64,000 bases of DNA from Macrotis lagotis (GCF_037893015.1 NC_133658.1:742338877-742402876), one strand, 5' to 3'; positions 49,730 through 62,144 are shown, numbered from the stretch's first letter. A program made the numbers and translations. The notes: generated by a model from the letters alone, not told the origin.

Positions 49730-50460
49730 AAAATGATAAATGTTGGGAGAGGACATGGGAAAACTGATGCACTGCTGGACAAATTATGCAATGTTGGTAG
49801 AGCTGTGAACTGATGCAACCATTCTGGAAAGCAATTTGGAATTATGCTCAAAGGGCAATAAAAGTAATCATACCTTTTGATCCAGCAATAACCACTATTG
49901 TATACCAAAGGGAATAAAAGGGAAAAGGACTCATATGTACAAAAATATTCTTGGCAGCTCTTTTTATGGTAACAAAGAATTTGAAATTGAAGGGATGTCT
50001 ATCAATTGGGGAATGGGTAAATGATAAGGAGGATGCTTTCAGAAAAACCTAGAAAGATTTACCCTAATTTATGCAAAGTGAAATGAGGAGAACCAGAAGA
50101 ACACTGTACATAAGTAACAGCAATACTGTATGGTGATCATACTGTGAATGATTTAGCTATCTCAGCAACAAAATGATCCAAGATAATGTCAGTCGACTCA
50201 TGATAAAAAAACAAACAAACAACTATCTACTTTTAGAGAAAGGACTCATGAAGTCTGAATGCAGATTGAAGCATTTTTAACTATTTTTCTCATTAATTTT
50301 TTGGGGGTAGAAATCTGTTTTCTTTCACATGACTAATATAAAAAGGTTTTGCATGACTGTACATGTATAATCTAAATCAAACTACTTGTCTTTTCAATGA
50401 GAGAAGAGTGAAGGAAAGGAGAGAACTTAGAACTCAATTTTCATTTGTAAATAAAAAAAA
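49730..50460 (+). mobile_element. L1 3'-end fragment (end of ORF2 plus 3'UTR) in an RNF17 intron
   Basis: ctggacaaattatgcaatgttggtagagctgtgaactgatgcaaccattctggaaagcaatttggaattatgctcaaagggc...ttgaagggatgtctatcaattggggaatgggtaaatgataag is the conserved L1 ORF2 C-terminal/3'UTR block. The element ends in a poly(A)-like tract near 50460. Confidence 0.65.
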
Positions 50461-51399
50461 TATACCCAAAAGATGCCTAGTTGGAGAAAAGTTCTTAGAT
50501 GTTTTATTCTATTCAATCTAATTTTTAATCAACAAAAATTAGTATATTAGAATTTTTTTTATCTTTCAATAATATGCTAGTAAAGATTCAATCTACTAAG
50601 GTATACTACTTATGAAAGCTTGAATGTTTTTTTAACTACTTCATCAAGAATGACCTTTTAATCTGCAGATTTTAAGAGTTGTTCTTCAGTTGTTTCCAAT
50701 TCTGTGTCCCTATTTGGGGTTTTCTTGGCAAAGATAATTAGAGTGGTTTGTTATTTGTTTCTTCAGTCCATTTTACAAATGAGAAAACTGAGGCAAACAG
50801 GATTAAATGACTTGCCCAGGGTCACACAGGTAAAAAGTACATGAGGTCAGATTTAAACTCAGGAAGATGAATTTTTCTGACATCAGGTCCTATCCACTAT
50901 CCATATCCACTCCACCTTCTTCATGGAAGCATATCACTTTCAAATTTTTTTCTATATATAATAAATTAGATATATAGTTTAGTAATTATTAATATATTAC
51001 CAGTCTCTTTTTTTCACATCTATGAATCCCCCCCCCATTATTTAAGTGCTTCCTTCAGGAAACATGAGAATTAATTTCTCAAAATTTTGTTACAGTGTAT
51101 ATTTGGTCTCATTCATCTGCTTTTTTATGTTCTCTTCAGTGCCATTTTCACTTTCCCTAAAAGCAAATGGAACTGTGACATAGCTACAAATACGATGACT
51201 TTACTCAACTGTCCTTGATGATCATGGTTGTTCTTCATTTTTGAAGAGGACCACAACATCAGGGAGGTGATGTTATGACAAGCACATAAATTGTATTTGA
51301 GTGAGGGAGTGCTGTACTAAGTCACCAGCCTCACTTTCTCCTCCAGAGTCATCTGGGTCTAGTGGCCAGATATGAATCAGGACCACTAGAGATGACCCT

Positions 51400-51538
51400 G
51401 GGTGTGAGGCAATCAGGGTTAAATGACTTGCCCAAGGTCACACAGCTAAAGGTAGGTAGCAAGTCTCTGAGGTTGGATTCGAACTCCTGCCCTCCTGATT
51501 CCAAGGCTAGTGTTCTATCCATTGTACCACCTAAGGTG
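51400..51538 (-). mobile_element. Related SINE subfamily copy
   Basis: gaggcaatcagggttaaatgacttgcccaaggtcacacagctaaaggtaggtagcaagtctctgaggttggattcgaactcctgccctcctgattccaaggctagtgttctatccattgtaccacctaag. ORF-track entries 51349..51543 and 51362..51559 are inside it. Confidence 0.75.
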
Positions 51539-51852
51539 CTCACTGTCCTTACTGATTAAAGAGTATGTTATAAAATATTTAAAGATATTTCATCTATTTT
51601 TTGTACTCCTTCAATACTTTTACAAATATTTGCTAAATTGGGGATCCTCAAATGCTATCTCTAAAACTGGATTTTCCCTTCATTGCTTCTTGCTGTCTTA
51701 TGAGGTAATATTGTTTATAATCTTCCACAATCCTTCTCTATAAGATTGTATAAAAGAATTTATATTCTAAACTAGTGATGGTTACTTATGGTTACCATAT
51801 TACTATACTAATTAAAATTTTCATCTGCCCATTATACATTTAAATTGTTTAC

Positions 51853-51969
51853 CTCATTGGGTGAAACAACATGTTTCACTTGGACAGGATAAAGTTCTCC
51901 TGGTGGAGGGAGAGATGGTGATAGGTATGGTGGTAAAATAGGAGTCTCTGTATCAGACCGAAGTAATTC
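51853..51969 (-). CDS. RNF17: RNF17 coding exon (start of the C-terminal extended Tudor domain)
   Basis: Reverse strand has acceptor atcttatgttctag|GAA. Translation [39 protein letters not shown]. The V.V.hV.sP motif precedes the FY.Q position of extended Tudor domains. Donor GAG|gtaaac. 117 nt, phase 0 in and out. Confidence 0.65.
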
Positions 51970-52670
51970 CTAGAACATAAGATAATGATTATTAATCCAA
52001 AGTTCAAGGAAAAATTATTCATTATGACATGATTCCAAAATAGCAAAAATCTTTCTGGAATTTTCTGTCATACAGTCATAACTGATTATTTTCTGAATAT
52101 TCATTGAATCTCCCCCCAATTTACTTTTATCTAGGCTACAAGTCAAGAAGGATTGGTGAAGTTGATAAGAGTGCTTGGCCTAGAGTCAGGAAGATTCATC
52201 TTTCTCTGGTTCAAATCTGGTGTCAAACACTTATTATTAATTTGACCCAGAACAATTCATTTAGCCCTGTTTTCCTCAGTTTCTTCATCTATCAAATGAA
52301 CTGGAGAAGAAAATGGTAAACCACTTCAGAATCTTTGCCAAAAAATCCCCAAATGGGGTTAACAAAGAGTCAAGATACTACCAAAAAACAACTGAAGAGG
52401 AAAAGACTAGAAATTCAGTCAGGCAGAATAAATTTGATTTTCTGAGCTTGAATGAAAATATGAAAAAAATGTGAGATCATATATATAGTAGAATATGATA
52501 TAGAGGTAATATGAAGAAATGAAATAACTGTTCTGAAAATTTTAAAGCAGTATACAAATGTTAGATGCTATTTTATCATTAACATTGTAAGTTATTTGTG
52601 GGTTTTTCTTTGTTCTCTTTCTATCTTTATAATTAAGTTCTCTAAAACAATATAACCAGGGTACGGGCCA

Positions 52671-52720
52671 AGATACTGTCCAGTTGGGATATTTTAAAAT
52701 ATCCCAACTGGACAGTATCT
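52671..52720. repeat. Perfect 50-bp palindrome (25+25, no spacer)
   Basis: agatactgtccagttgggatatttt|aaaatatcccaactggacagtatct is exactly its own reverse complement. Smaller palindromes flank it (ggtact...agtacc at about 52730-52760; cctactgcagtagg at about 52852-52865). Confidence 0.95.
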
Positions 52721-53073
52721 TTCCCCACCAGCTTGGGTACTGATAAGGGAGTACCAACCACTCTTCCTATCACAGTGAATACATATTTTCCCAGGGTTAA
52801 TATTCTGAGCCCTCAAAAAGAGAACTATCTGCCAAAGTGACTATAACTCTTCCTACTGCAGTAGGGGGGTTCCTGTTAGTGAGATTAATTGGCATCACAG
52901 AAAATATTTGGTATGAGAAATAAAGACAAACTGCTTAATGTTGAATTTTTCATGATTATTGAATAAAAAAGCTTTTATTTAGTAAATATCCATTTCTATA
53001 AAGTAATATGTCAGGCACTTAGTAAGAAATGAAAAATATTTAACTTTAACACAGAATCTGGGTTGAAACTTAC

Positions 53074-53130
53074 CTTAAAATTTATTTCCCAATTTTGTTC
53101 TTCATACTTTTCATTTAGATCCTTTGACTT
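53074..53130 (-). CDS. RNF17: RNF17 short linker exon (57 nt)
   Basis: Reverse strand reads attcctgtattgttatttcag|AAGTCAAAG...TTTTAAG|gtaagt. Both splice sites are strong and the open frame KSKDLNEKYEEQNWEINFK is phase 0 to 0. I assign it to RNF17 by position and phase only; it has no diagnostic domain motif. Confidence 0.45.
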
Positions 53131-54399
53131 CTGAAATAACAATACAGGAATATTATTACTAGGTCTTTTCCTTTCACATCAATATCTTAATAGTGTACAT
53201 ATTTTAGTTATTTCAGGGCAGAGAGCAAAGTCACAGATTCCCAGAGATTCTAAATAGTGCTTTATGTATTTTATCCTCAAGAAATCTTAATCATAAAGTT
53301 AAAGTAAATTTCAATGGTGACCCTAAATTTTTATGGATGGGTCTTATTTCAGGAAAAAGCAGCAAGGTAATCTGGTATTTTCATTCCTATCTATAAAATT
53401 CAATATAGAGCAGGTACAGAGTAGGTAACAGCAATACAGAGCAGGTACCACTATGCACACACAGCTATGAATTTCAGTATTGGAAATTCCAAATGTCAAT
53501 GAAATCACAGGCCCTCTCCCCTCTTTCTCCCCCAAATATTATGGAGACATGAGACATTCAAGTGTTTAATATAAAAAAAGGACAAGGATCTGAAGAGGCA
53601 GATATAATGGGTTAGGGAGTGGAAAAATATAGAAGAAAAAGAGGAGGATCACTGAAACACTAGTAGTGAAATAAAAATATGGAAAAACTTCCTTCTAAGG
53701 AAGTACAGCTGTTGGTTCCCTAGGGCATGAGATACCTTTCACAGGTGAAATCAGGTAGCAGAGTACAAAGGTCAGTGAAAGAAATGAACAAGGAAGCAGC
53801 TATTAACTCCCTGCTGAGAAGAGAGGTCCCTAATTTTTGGCCTTCTAACAACTGAGAATTGTACTAGCTTCCCAGGGCATGAAATATCTGATGTGAGAGA
53901 TGCTTTTAAAAATCTGTAAAACTATTAACTTCTGGTGATGCACTTGTACATAAATGATACTGTCAGAAGGGAATACAGAAAGCATTTACAAAGATTATGA
54001 AGTCTTACAGAAGAAACCAAAGTCCTCAAGGATATAGATGGTACCTTCGCCACTGCTGTCCATCAAAGTCAAGTGTTCCAGAAAATGAAGGGACCTTAGA
54101 ATACGATTTGGGTTCCTGGGCAATCAATGGCTTATAATAAAGGAATATAGGATCCTGGCCACAGATGGGATGTACCTAGCAAGGCTTGTAAAATATATTT
54201 GCCTATGGTCTTGTTAAACTAATAAGGGGTGGGGTGGGGCAGTAACATAATAGTAAGAAAAAACACATGAGAATATTAGAAGCGAGAGAAGGGAATGTTG
54301 AACAGCATCTAGATAAACATTGATGAATACTGCCTTTTGTAGTGCAGGAGCTATCATAGTTCAATGAAACTATGTATTCTGTACAACATTACCTAAGAT

Positions 54400-56620
54400 G
54401 GACAATTCATAATGGAGAGTTCTCAGAAAAAGTAATTCACTGGAGAAGAAAATGGCAAACCCCTTCTGTAACTAACAAGAAAATTACATGGACAGTACTA
54501 AAATATTAAGAAATGACAGAGGAAGAGCTCTTCAGGTTGCAAAGAATCCAATACACTAATGGGGAAGAGTATAGATTACTTCAAATATCTCCAGTAAAAC
54601 TATCTGAGTCAAAGCCAAAAGGAAGCTCAACTATAGACACATCTATAGTGATTAAAGTGATGAAGGAAGTCCAATGCTGTAAAGAATATTGCAAAGGGAC
54701 TGGAATATAAGGTCTATAAACCAAGTTAGATGGATATGATGAAACAGGAGATGGAAAGATTAAATATTGGACAGGAGTGAGGGAGTTTAATTCAGATGCT
54801 TATTACATATACTATGGGTAAGAATCCCTTTAGAAGAAATGGAATAGCCTTCATAGTTAATAAAAAGGGTGAGAAAAGAAGTACTATGATATAAGCTCAA
54901 GAACAACTGAATGTTATCTGTTCGAATATAAGGCAAATCACTCAATTTCAGAGTCATACAAGTCTATGCTTCAACCATTAATCCCTAAGAGGCCAAAGTT
55001 GATTAGTTCTATGAAGTCTAACCACATCTTTTAAACATAATACCAAAAAAGACATCACATTTATTGTATTGTATTGCAATGTAATGGCAGAGAAGAAAGG
55101 TAAAAAGATAATTGAAACAAATTTGGTAAATTTGGTCTTTAAGTACAAAATGAAGTAGGCCAGAGACTATAATGGAGGTGTGTCAAGATAACTCATTGGT
55201 CACATCAAACACTCTTTTTCAGCTATCCAAAAAGTGACCTTTATAAATGATCATAACCAAGATGATTGATAAAAAGTTTGATTATATACTTTGCAGTCAA
55301 AGGTAGAAAAGCACTGTAAAGTCAGTTAAAACAAGACCTAGAACTGAATACAGACTAGATCATGAGTTTTGTGTTAAAAAATTTAGACCTAAATTGAAGT
55401 TGAGAAAACTCTCAGATCATATAGATATGACCTTACTAAAGTCCCTTATAAAGTGAAGATGATGAACAGATTAGATTTGAGGGATGAAATCTAGGAGATA
55501 AGGGTGCCTGAAGAACTTTATAAAGAAATATAATATTTTGGATAGGAGGCAGCAATAAATATGTTACAAAGAAAAAGAGCAGGAACACAAACTGGCTAAC
55601 TGATGAGGCTTTACAAATAGCTGAGGAAAAAAAAGAAAGCAAAAATTAAAGGAGAAAAGAGAAAGATATACTCAATTGAATGTAGAATTCCAAAGATATA
55701 ATAAAGTTTTCTTAAATGAACAATGCAAAGAAATAGAAAGTAGAATGGGAAAGATCTCTTCAAGAAAGTTAAGAGATATCAAAAGGAAGTTTCATGCAAA
55801 AATGGTCATGATAAAAGATAAAAATGGTAGAGATTTAACAGAAGCAAAAGAAGTTAAGAAGTGGCAAGGGGGGAGCTAGGTGGCACAGTGGATAGAGCAC
55901 TAACCCTGGAGTCAGGAGGACCTGAATTCAAATTCGAACTCCAACAAAAAGAGATAGCAAGAATACACAAAAGAGTTATGTAAGAAAGATCTTAACACCA
56001 CCAATAACCAAGATGTGTAGTTATTGATCTAGAGCCAGGCTTACTGCTGTATGAAATCAATTAGACCTCAGGAATCTAACATTAAGGTTAATGAAGCAGT
56101 TGAAAATCCAGTTGAGTCATTTAAAATCCTAAAAAGACTATGTTAAGATGCTACATTCAATATGCCAGCAAATTTGGAGAATACTGGTTGGATTGAAAAA
56201 GATCAATTTACATCTCAATCCTACCTAATTAAGGATAATGCCAAGGAATGTTCAAATTACTGAACAACTATACTCATTTTACACTCTAGTAAGATCATGT
56301 TTAAGAGTCTCCAAACTAGGCTTCAGAAATATATGAACCAAGAATTACCAGAACAGCAGGCTGGTTTTCAAAGAGTCTGAAGAGCTAGAGACTAAACAGA
56401 TAACATTCACTGGATTGTGAAGAAAGCAAAGGAGTTTCAAATAAACACCTTCTTCTACTTCAATGACTTCACTGAAGCTTGAGATTTCATAACAGAAAAC
56501 GAACTTGCTTACCTCTTTCAATATTTCCTCAGAACCTTCAAATGTACAATGTTTATGGTGTGCCATAAAATAAGAAAGTGACATTCCATCAAAATAGAGA
56601 TGAACAGATAATTTTCCCCA
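54400..56620 (+). mobile_element. RTE/BovB-like non-LTR retrotransposon fragment (about 2.2 kb, degenerate ORF) in an RNF17 intron, with a nested SINE fragment at 55864-55930
   Basis: Frameshifted translation on the + strand resembles the RTE/BovB protein: GIAFIVNKKGEKRSTMI..., RYDLTKVPYKV, DEALQIAEEKK, LNEQCKEIESRMGKISSRKLRDIKRKFHAKMVMIKDKNGRDLTEAKEVKKWQ, MLHSICQQIW..., [18 protein letters not shown]. The 5' region carries a MIR-like ggagaagaaaatggcaaacc motif. Confidence 0.6.
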
Positions 56621-57849
56621 TGGATTTTTTGGTAATTCCTATTAAGCACAATTAAGGAGTACAGTTAAGTTTCAAAACTGAATATTTATGCTCATTCCAC
56701 AAAATTACAATTAGGCTCTCAGCAAAATAATATGGCTATGTAATTTATAATATAAATTTTTCAAAAGTACTTTTTCTTTATTTATAAGGAGCTAATCATA
56801 ATTTGTTGCCCTATGTTATAGTATACAAATAATAATTCAAAGATGAAAATGAAGCAAAGAGAAATAAGTTGCTAAGGAGCATACTGCGATTATGTCAAAG
56901 TGAAATTCCTCACCCCAGTACCATTGCTCTCTATTACACGACGCAACAATTTCTAAAAACTATATAAATGAATCTGGAATTCAAATTCAAAAAGAAAAAG
57001 AATAAAAAACTAAATAATTAAAAACCTATGTGCACCCATTTGTTAAAACAACTAAGATGAATTAGACTTCATTCTTTTTAATGACTGTTATTATTCTGCT
57101 AATATCTCAAATTTAGAGTACCACAATATGTCTCTCCCCACCCCATCAATTCTTCCTACAGAGCTGTTTAGTTAATTTCCTAATGTACTCTTTTGAATAT
57201 CATTTCCCTATTTTAAAATGATCCAATGGTTCCTCAAGATTCTACAGGACTAAAATCCTTAGGCTGGCATTCAATCCTCTGAAATTCCTGCCCCCTTCAA
57301 AGTCCTTTCATTATTCCCCTACACTAATATTCCATTTTGGCCAAATTATACACCATTTCCAAAACAAACTACAGTGAAAATTTTACTCTGTTTCAAGACA
57401 AGCTAAAATTCTCTACCTTCCCCCTGACAATTTTTTTAAAACCTTGTAGGTTGCCCCATAGATAGCAAAACCCTCACTCTTTCATAAGTTTCTTTTTGTA
57501 TTTGAACATGCTTTTTAGAAGCACAGGATCACGATCAGAGTTTAGAGCTGGAAAACACTTTAGAAGTCAGCTAGTCTATAATAGTCTTATTTCAAAAAGG
57601 AGAATATTAAAGCTCAGAAGGATCAGAACACTTGCCCAGGATTACAATGGTATTATATGGCTCCTACCTAACAATTTCTAACCCAAATCCTTTAAATTCA
57701 AATCCAGTGTTATTTCTGCTCTACTAAGAGCTTCCTCTGACAGGGCCTAATGTTGCTACATATCATAAAGTAAAATGAAGTAAATATTTAGCAAGAGTAA
57801 ACTTAAGCTTATAAATATATTACACAACTTAAAAAAAAAACTTCACATA

Positions 57850-57995
57850 GGAGTAGCTAGGTGATGCAGTGGATAGAGCACTGACCCTGGAGTCAGGAGG
57901 ATCTGGGATAAAATCTGATGACACTTAATAATTACCTAGCTGTGTGACTTTGGGCAAAGTCACTTAACCCCATTGCCTTGCACCCCCCCCCCCCA
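57850..57995 (+). mobile_element. tRNA-derived SINE copy with a poly-C tail
   Basis: ggagtagctaggtgatgcagtggatagagcactgaccctggagtcaggaggatctggg...cacttaaccccattgccttgcacccccccccccc. Confidence 0.8.
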
Positions 57996-58204
57996 AATTT
58001 CACATATCCTAAAACTAACTTTACTTAAAAGTTTAGAATCAAATTTCTTTTTATGAGTATCAATTAGACATTCATATAAACACACATAAGAATGTTTATT
58101 ATTTTCAAAAATCTAAATTTAGATAGTAGTTATTCCCTCAATTTAATTCTTTTAAGAAGTTATGACATTATCATTATAAATACTTAACCATTTATCCAAA
58201 TTAC

Positions 58205-58285
58205 CATGTTATGAATTTCCACTTCTCTCTTTGGTAGTAGTTCTTGAAGGAGTTCTATTGCATCTGGCTGCCAGGAATTTCCAAT
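58205..58285 (-). CDS. RNF17: RNF17 coding exon (penultimate Tudor domain, W...a...f...v helical segment)
   Basis: Reverse strand has acceptor catcatttttttgttaatcccatag|ATT. Translation [27 protein letters not shown], donor ATG|gtaatt. 81 nt, phase 0. It directly continues the motif of the exon at 59185-59304. Confidence 0.7.
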
Positions 58286-59184
58286 CTATGGGATTAACAA
58301 AAAAATGATGAAAATCATTTTATATGCAAAATTCAGAAAAATCATAATGAAATTGCTTTCAGATAATATTCCAAAGAACACACAAGTGTAAATATTACTG
58401 CATTCTGGTTTATGCCTGTGATTTCATTAACATAACAAATTCTGCAATTTATCTACAATTATGGTTTTAGAGAGTTGTCTGGGGTCACCAAAGCTATTAG
58501 AGATAGAGGTGGGATTTAAACTTAGTTTTCCTGACTCTGTTTTTCCTAACTCTGAATCCAGGATTTTATCCACTCATAAAAAGCTGTCTCTCTCTTCTAT
58601 ATATGTGTTGCAAAAGTCTTCTGCCTGAAATAATCTAATGTGATTTAATTAAATCCTACCAAATACTTCTATGAAAATGATCTTCCCAAAATTGACCAAA
58701 ATGTTTAATTGTGAAAAAGAATAAGAAACATATTCAAGCAAATATAATTCTATTATGCTAAAGCAAAAAAAAAAAAGGAAAAAAACACATGAGCTGGCTT
58801 AAAACTTGAGTCATCTCATAAAACCAAAGAAATGATAATCAAAGTCTATACATAACATTATATCAGGAGAAACATGTAAGGATCTAAGCATCCCTTAAAT
58901 CTAGCAGTTCTCACCACTTGTAAATACTTTAAATCTTCTAGGCATAAACAGAAAACACTAAAAGCAAAATAAATCAAAATGTAAAATTTGACTTCTAAGG
59001 TTGTTTCTAGCTGTGTAATTAATAATATATTAGTGTGCTTATTTGTAACACTGAGCATATTAAGAGCTCCTTAGGGCAGTGAATCATGGATAACAATGCA
59101 TCTTACACAATGAGCATTTGATCAATCACTACAGAAAGAAAGAATATCTGGATTAATACAATGATAGTGCAACAAATTACTTAC

Positions 59185-59304
59185 AGGCACAGTATTAAAT
59201 AACTGACATGGAATACAAAACTGTGGTCTATCAGGATATAATACAATTGGATAAAGATGACACTGCGGAATCTTCTCAGTATATCCATGATCTAAATATT
59301 GCAC
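59185..59304 (-). CDS. RNF17: RNF17 coding exon (penultimate Tudor domain, DYG-like strand plus P.qA..C.L segment)
   Basis: Reverse strand has acceptor gcatttttttatgcag|GTG. Translation [40 protein letters not shown], donor CCT|gtaagt. 120 nt, phase 0. Confidence 0.8.
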
Positions 59305-59667
59305 CTGCATAAAAAAATGCATTCTATTACAGAATTGTTGGTAGAGGAGTGATTTTACATACCTCTGTGGTCAGCAAGTCTACAACAATATTCCCTAAAA
59401 ATTAAGTTACTATGATTTGAAAAAATCTTCAGGAAAAAATTGTCCAACTTTCTCATGAAATTGCTATAAACCCATATATGTAACTCTGAATACTGATGGT
59501 TGTTTGGCTTTTTCTTTATTTTAAATTTTCCAGGAGAGGGGACTCTGCCTTCTCTGTAGAGTATGCTACCACAAAGTGCAAAACTAGGCACTCTATGGGC
59601 AATAGAATGATTATTAAAAGTAAAATTGTAAAATGCTTTAATTAACATGAAGGTGATATGATAGAGG

Positions 59668-59800
59668 TAGCTAGGTGGCACAGTGGATAAAGCACCAGCC
59701 CTGCAGTCAAAAAAGACCTGACTTCATATGAGCCCCCAGACACTTACTAATTACCGCGTGACCTTGGGCAAATCACTTAACCTGATCATCTAGCAAAAAA
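59668..59800 (+). mobile_element. tRNA-derived SINE copy (diverged)
   Basis: ggtagctaggtggcacagtggataaagcaccagccctgcagtcaaaaaagacctgacttcatatgagcccccagacacttactaattaccgcgtgaccttgggcaaatcacttaacc. Confidence 0.7.
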
Positions 59801-60794
59801 AGAGGGGAGAGTGATATAGTACAGTTTAATTATCACTAAATTGGAAGTCAGGAGTCCTAGCTCCCAGTTTCATATCTGATGCTAACTTGTCATCCATGTC
59901 ATCATGTTAAAACTTCCTTAAGCATTTTTCTCATATGTAAGGTGAGGGAGGTTAGACTATATTCATCTTAAGATTCCTTCTAGCTCAAAAATTTTTTATT
60001 TATTAATGTTTGAAGAATAAAGGATCTCAATTTTTTGAGGGGAAATTGTAACTTTGGAATTGTATCACTCAAAATTAACAAAAGTTCATTATACCTTATA
60101 GGTTCTGTCCAAAGATCAGCAAAAGTAAAAAATAAAAACCAAAAAAAAAATCACTAAAACACAAATGGGGGGTAGGAAGAGAGAACAGATTTGGCTGCCT
60201 AAAGATTATTAGTTATTTTAATAATTTAAACTGATTTTATACATTTAAATAAGAAAAAGAAAGCAGTTCAATCCCTATTTTTTGTTTGCTGTTGCTTTGT
60301 TTTTTAAAATTTTTAATAGTATTTTTTCAATTACATGTTGGGATAAGTTTCAACATTTATTTTTGCAAAATTTTCTTCCATCCCCCCTTCAAGTAATCTG
60401 ATATAGGTCATATATACACAAACATGTTAAACATATTTTTCCATATTAGTCGTGTTGTGAAAGCAGAATCAGAACAAAAGGGAAAAACCATGGGAAAGAA
60501 AAAACAAAAATCAAATTTAAAGAAGTGAACATAGTATGTTTTGATCTGTTTTCAGACTCCATATTTCTTTCTCTGGATGTGGATGACATTTTCCATCCCA
60601 AGTCTTTTAGAATTGTCTTTGATCACTGTATGGCTGAGAAGAGCTAAGATAAGCATAACACAATGTTGCTAATACTGTGTATCATGTTCTGATTCTGCTC
60701 ATTTCATCAGTCAGCATCAAATTCATCTAATTATTTCCAAGTTTTTCAAAGCAGTTCAATCCTAATTAATTTGGTCTCACTAATATAAAATTTA

Positions 60795-61150
60795 AGGGGT
60801 GGAATGGCCTAGTACATAGCTGAGCTTGGACAGGAAGACCTGGGTTCAAGTCTAGCCTATGACACATACAGATTGTATGAACATGTCCCTTATCCTCTCA
60901 GTGTTCTGGTTAATTTCCTAAGATAGCGAGGTGGTTCAGTGGATGGAGCACATGATCCAGAGTCACTTCAGAGTCAGCCTCAACATACTTAGTAGCTATG
61001 TGACCCTGGGCATATCATTTTAGTTTGTTTGTCCCAGTTCCCCCATCCTTAACACAGGGATAACAATAGCATCTATCTCTCAGGGTTGTTTTGAGAATCA
61101 AATGAGATAATAATTATCTACACCTAAACATAGTAGGTGTTTAATAAATG
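60795..61150 (+). repeat. MIR-like (mammalian-wide interspersed repeat) elements. Similar MIR-like segments lie at about 13420-13620, 16615-16790, 21030-21235, 21700-22010, 50740-50900, 52150-52330 and 57500-57660.
   Basis: Segments contain the MIR core gtgaccctgggcaagtcacttaacctctc...cagtttcctcatctgtaaaatggggataataatagcacc and variants. Confidence 0.55.
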
Positions 61151-61837
61151 TTTCCTCTTCTTCTTGTAGAGAAAGTGCCAGTCTACAGTGGTAGAGGGTG
61201 CTTCCTCATATTGAGATTAATAGGCCTAGTTCCCATTTCTATCACTAATATACAATGCATAGTAATTTAATAAAGATTTTATCTAGGCAGGACTTTATCT
61301 TTGCATTGTCTCTTTAAACACAGAAACTATGTGAGCAAAAAATTAATCTACTTACAGATTTGTATATTTTTTCTGTAAAGCCCTGATAACCTAAGAAAAC
61401 TATTTGAGTCAATTAAAAACATAGATTTTCTAACTCACACTTCAGATAAACTAGCGCCCAAAGAAAGAATTAGTTGTAATTCTTTTAGAAATTTCCTATT
61501 TAAGTTTAGGGATTTCCTATTTAAGTATGCTTAAACCATTGAATTTCAAATTTATATCTGAAGTTAATATATTGAATGGACAGAACTTTGTTCCAAAATA
61601 TGGAAGTACAGGTCTGAATGGCTCTATAATTAATGAAAAGTTAAAATAGTCAGGAAAAAAGGTTCCTTTAATAAAGAGTCAACAGTTCAGATTAACTTTC
61701 CCTTGGTGTATGTATCTGGCTAACAAGAAAAATATTCTCAAAAGACAATTTAAAAGTTTTAAATCAAAAAGTTAATTTATGCTTCAGAATGAATGAGCTC
61801 AACTCTAAATGTGTCACCAGAGAATAAGATGACTTAC

Positions 61838-62001
61838 CCTGATAGTTCCACCAACAACTTCCATAACTTTACCTCGATACCACACAGTATCTGATCCTCT
61901 TACTGCACAGGCTTCTCCTTTTTTCCAGCAATATGGCTCCAAAAGACCAAGACATTTAAAATTACTTTGAATTTCATCCATCAATTTTCTGAGCTCAAAT
62001 T
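61838..62001 (-). CDS. RNF17: RNF17 coding exon (penultimate Tudor core)
   Basis: Reverse strand has acceptor gtgttatgcattttctcag|AA. Translation (x)[54 protein letters not shown] with the Tudor signature G..CaV...D..WYRgkV. Donor AGG|gtaagt. The next upstream exon was not found before the window ends. Confidence 0.8.
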
Positions 62002-62144
62002 CTGAGAAAATGCATAACACACAAACCTTAGGAAAATTATTTCATTCTTCATTTTTAATGTAAATAAAAGTATTACTCATATATATTATTAAAATGCCAT
62101 GAAAAAGTAACAAAATTTTTAAGTCAGTGTCTATACCTTAACTT

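Noticed and set aside
52852-52960. Minus-strand open frame NPPTAVGRVIVTLADSSLFEGSEY next to the palindrome, with a V.L.D-like motif
   Set aside because: Its frame is incompatible with phase 0 from the exon at 58205-58285. It ends in a stop without a usable donor, and its acceptor context is part of a palindromic repeat.
56345-56640. Minus-strand ORF ([35 protein letters not shown]...) with a Tudor-like V.L..D motif
   Set aside because: It is antisense to the RTE reverse-transcriptase region. Its phase (ends with 1 nt) does not connect to the next placed RNF17 exon at 53130 without another unknown exon. It is kept only as a hypothesis in the findings.
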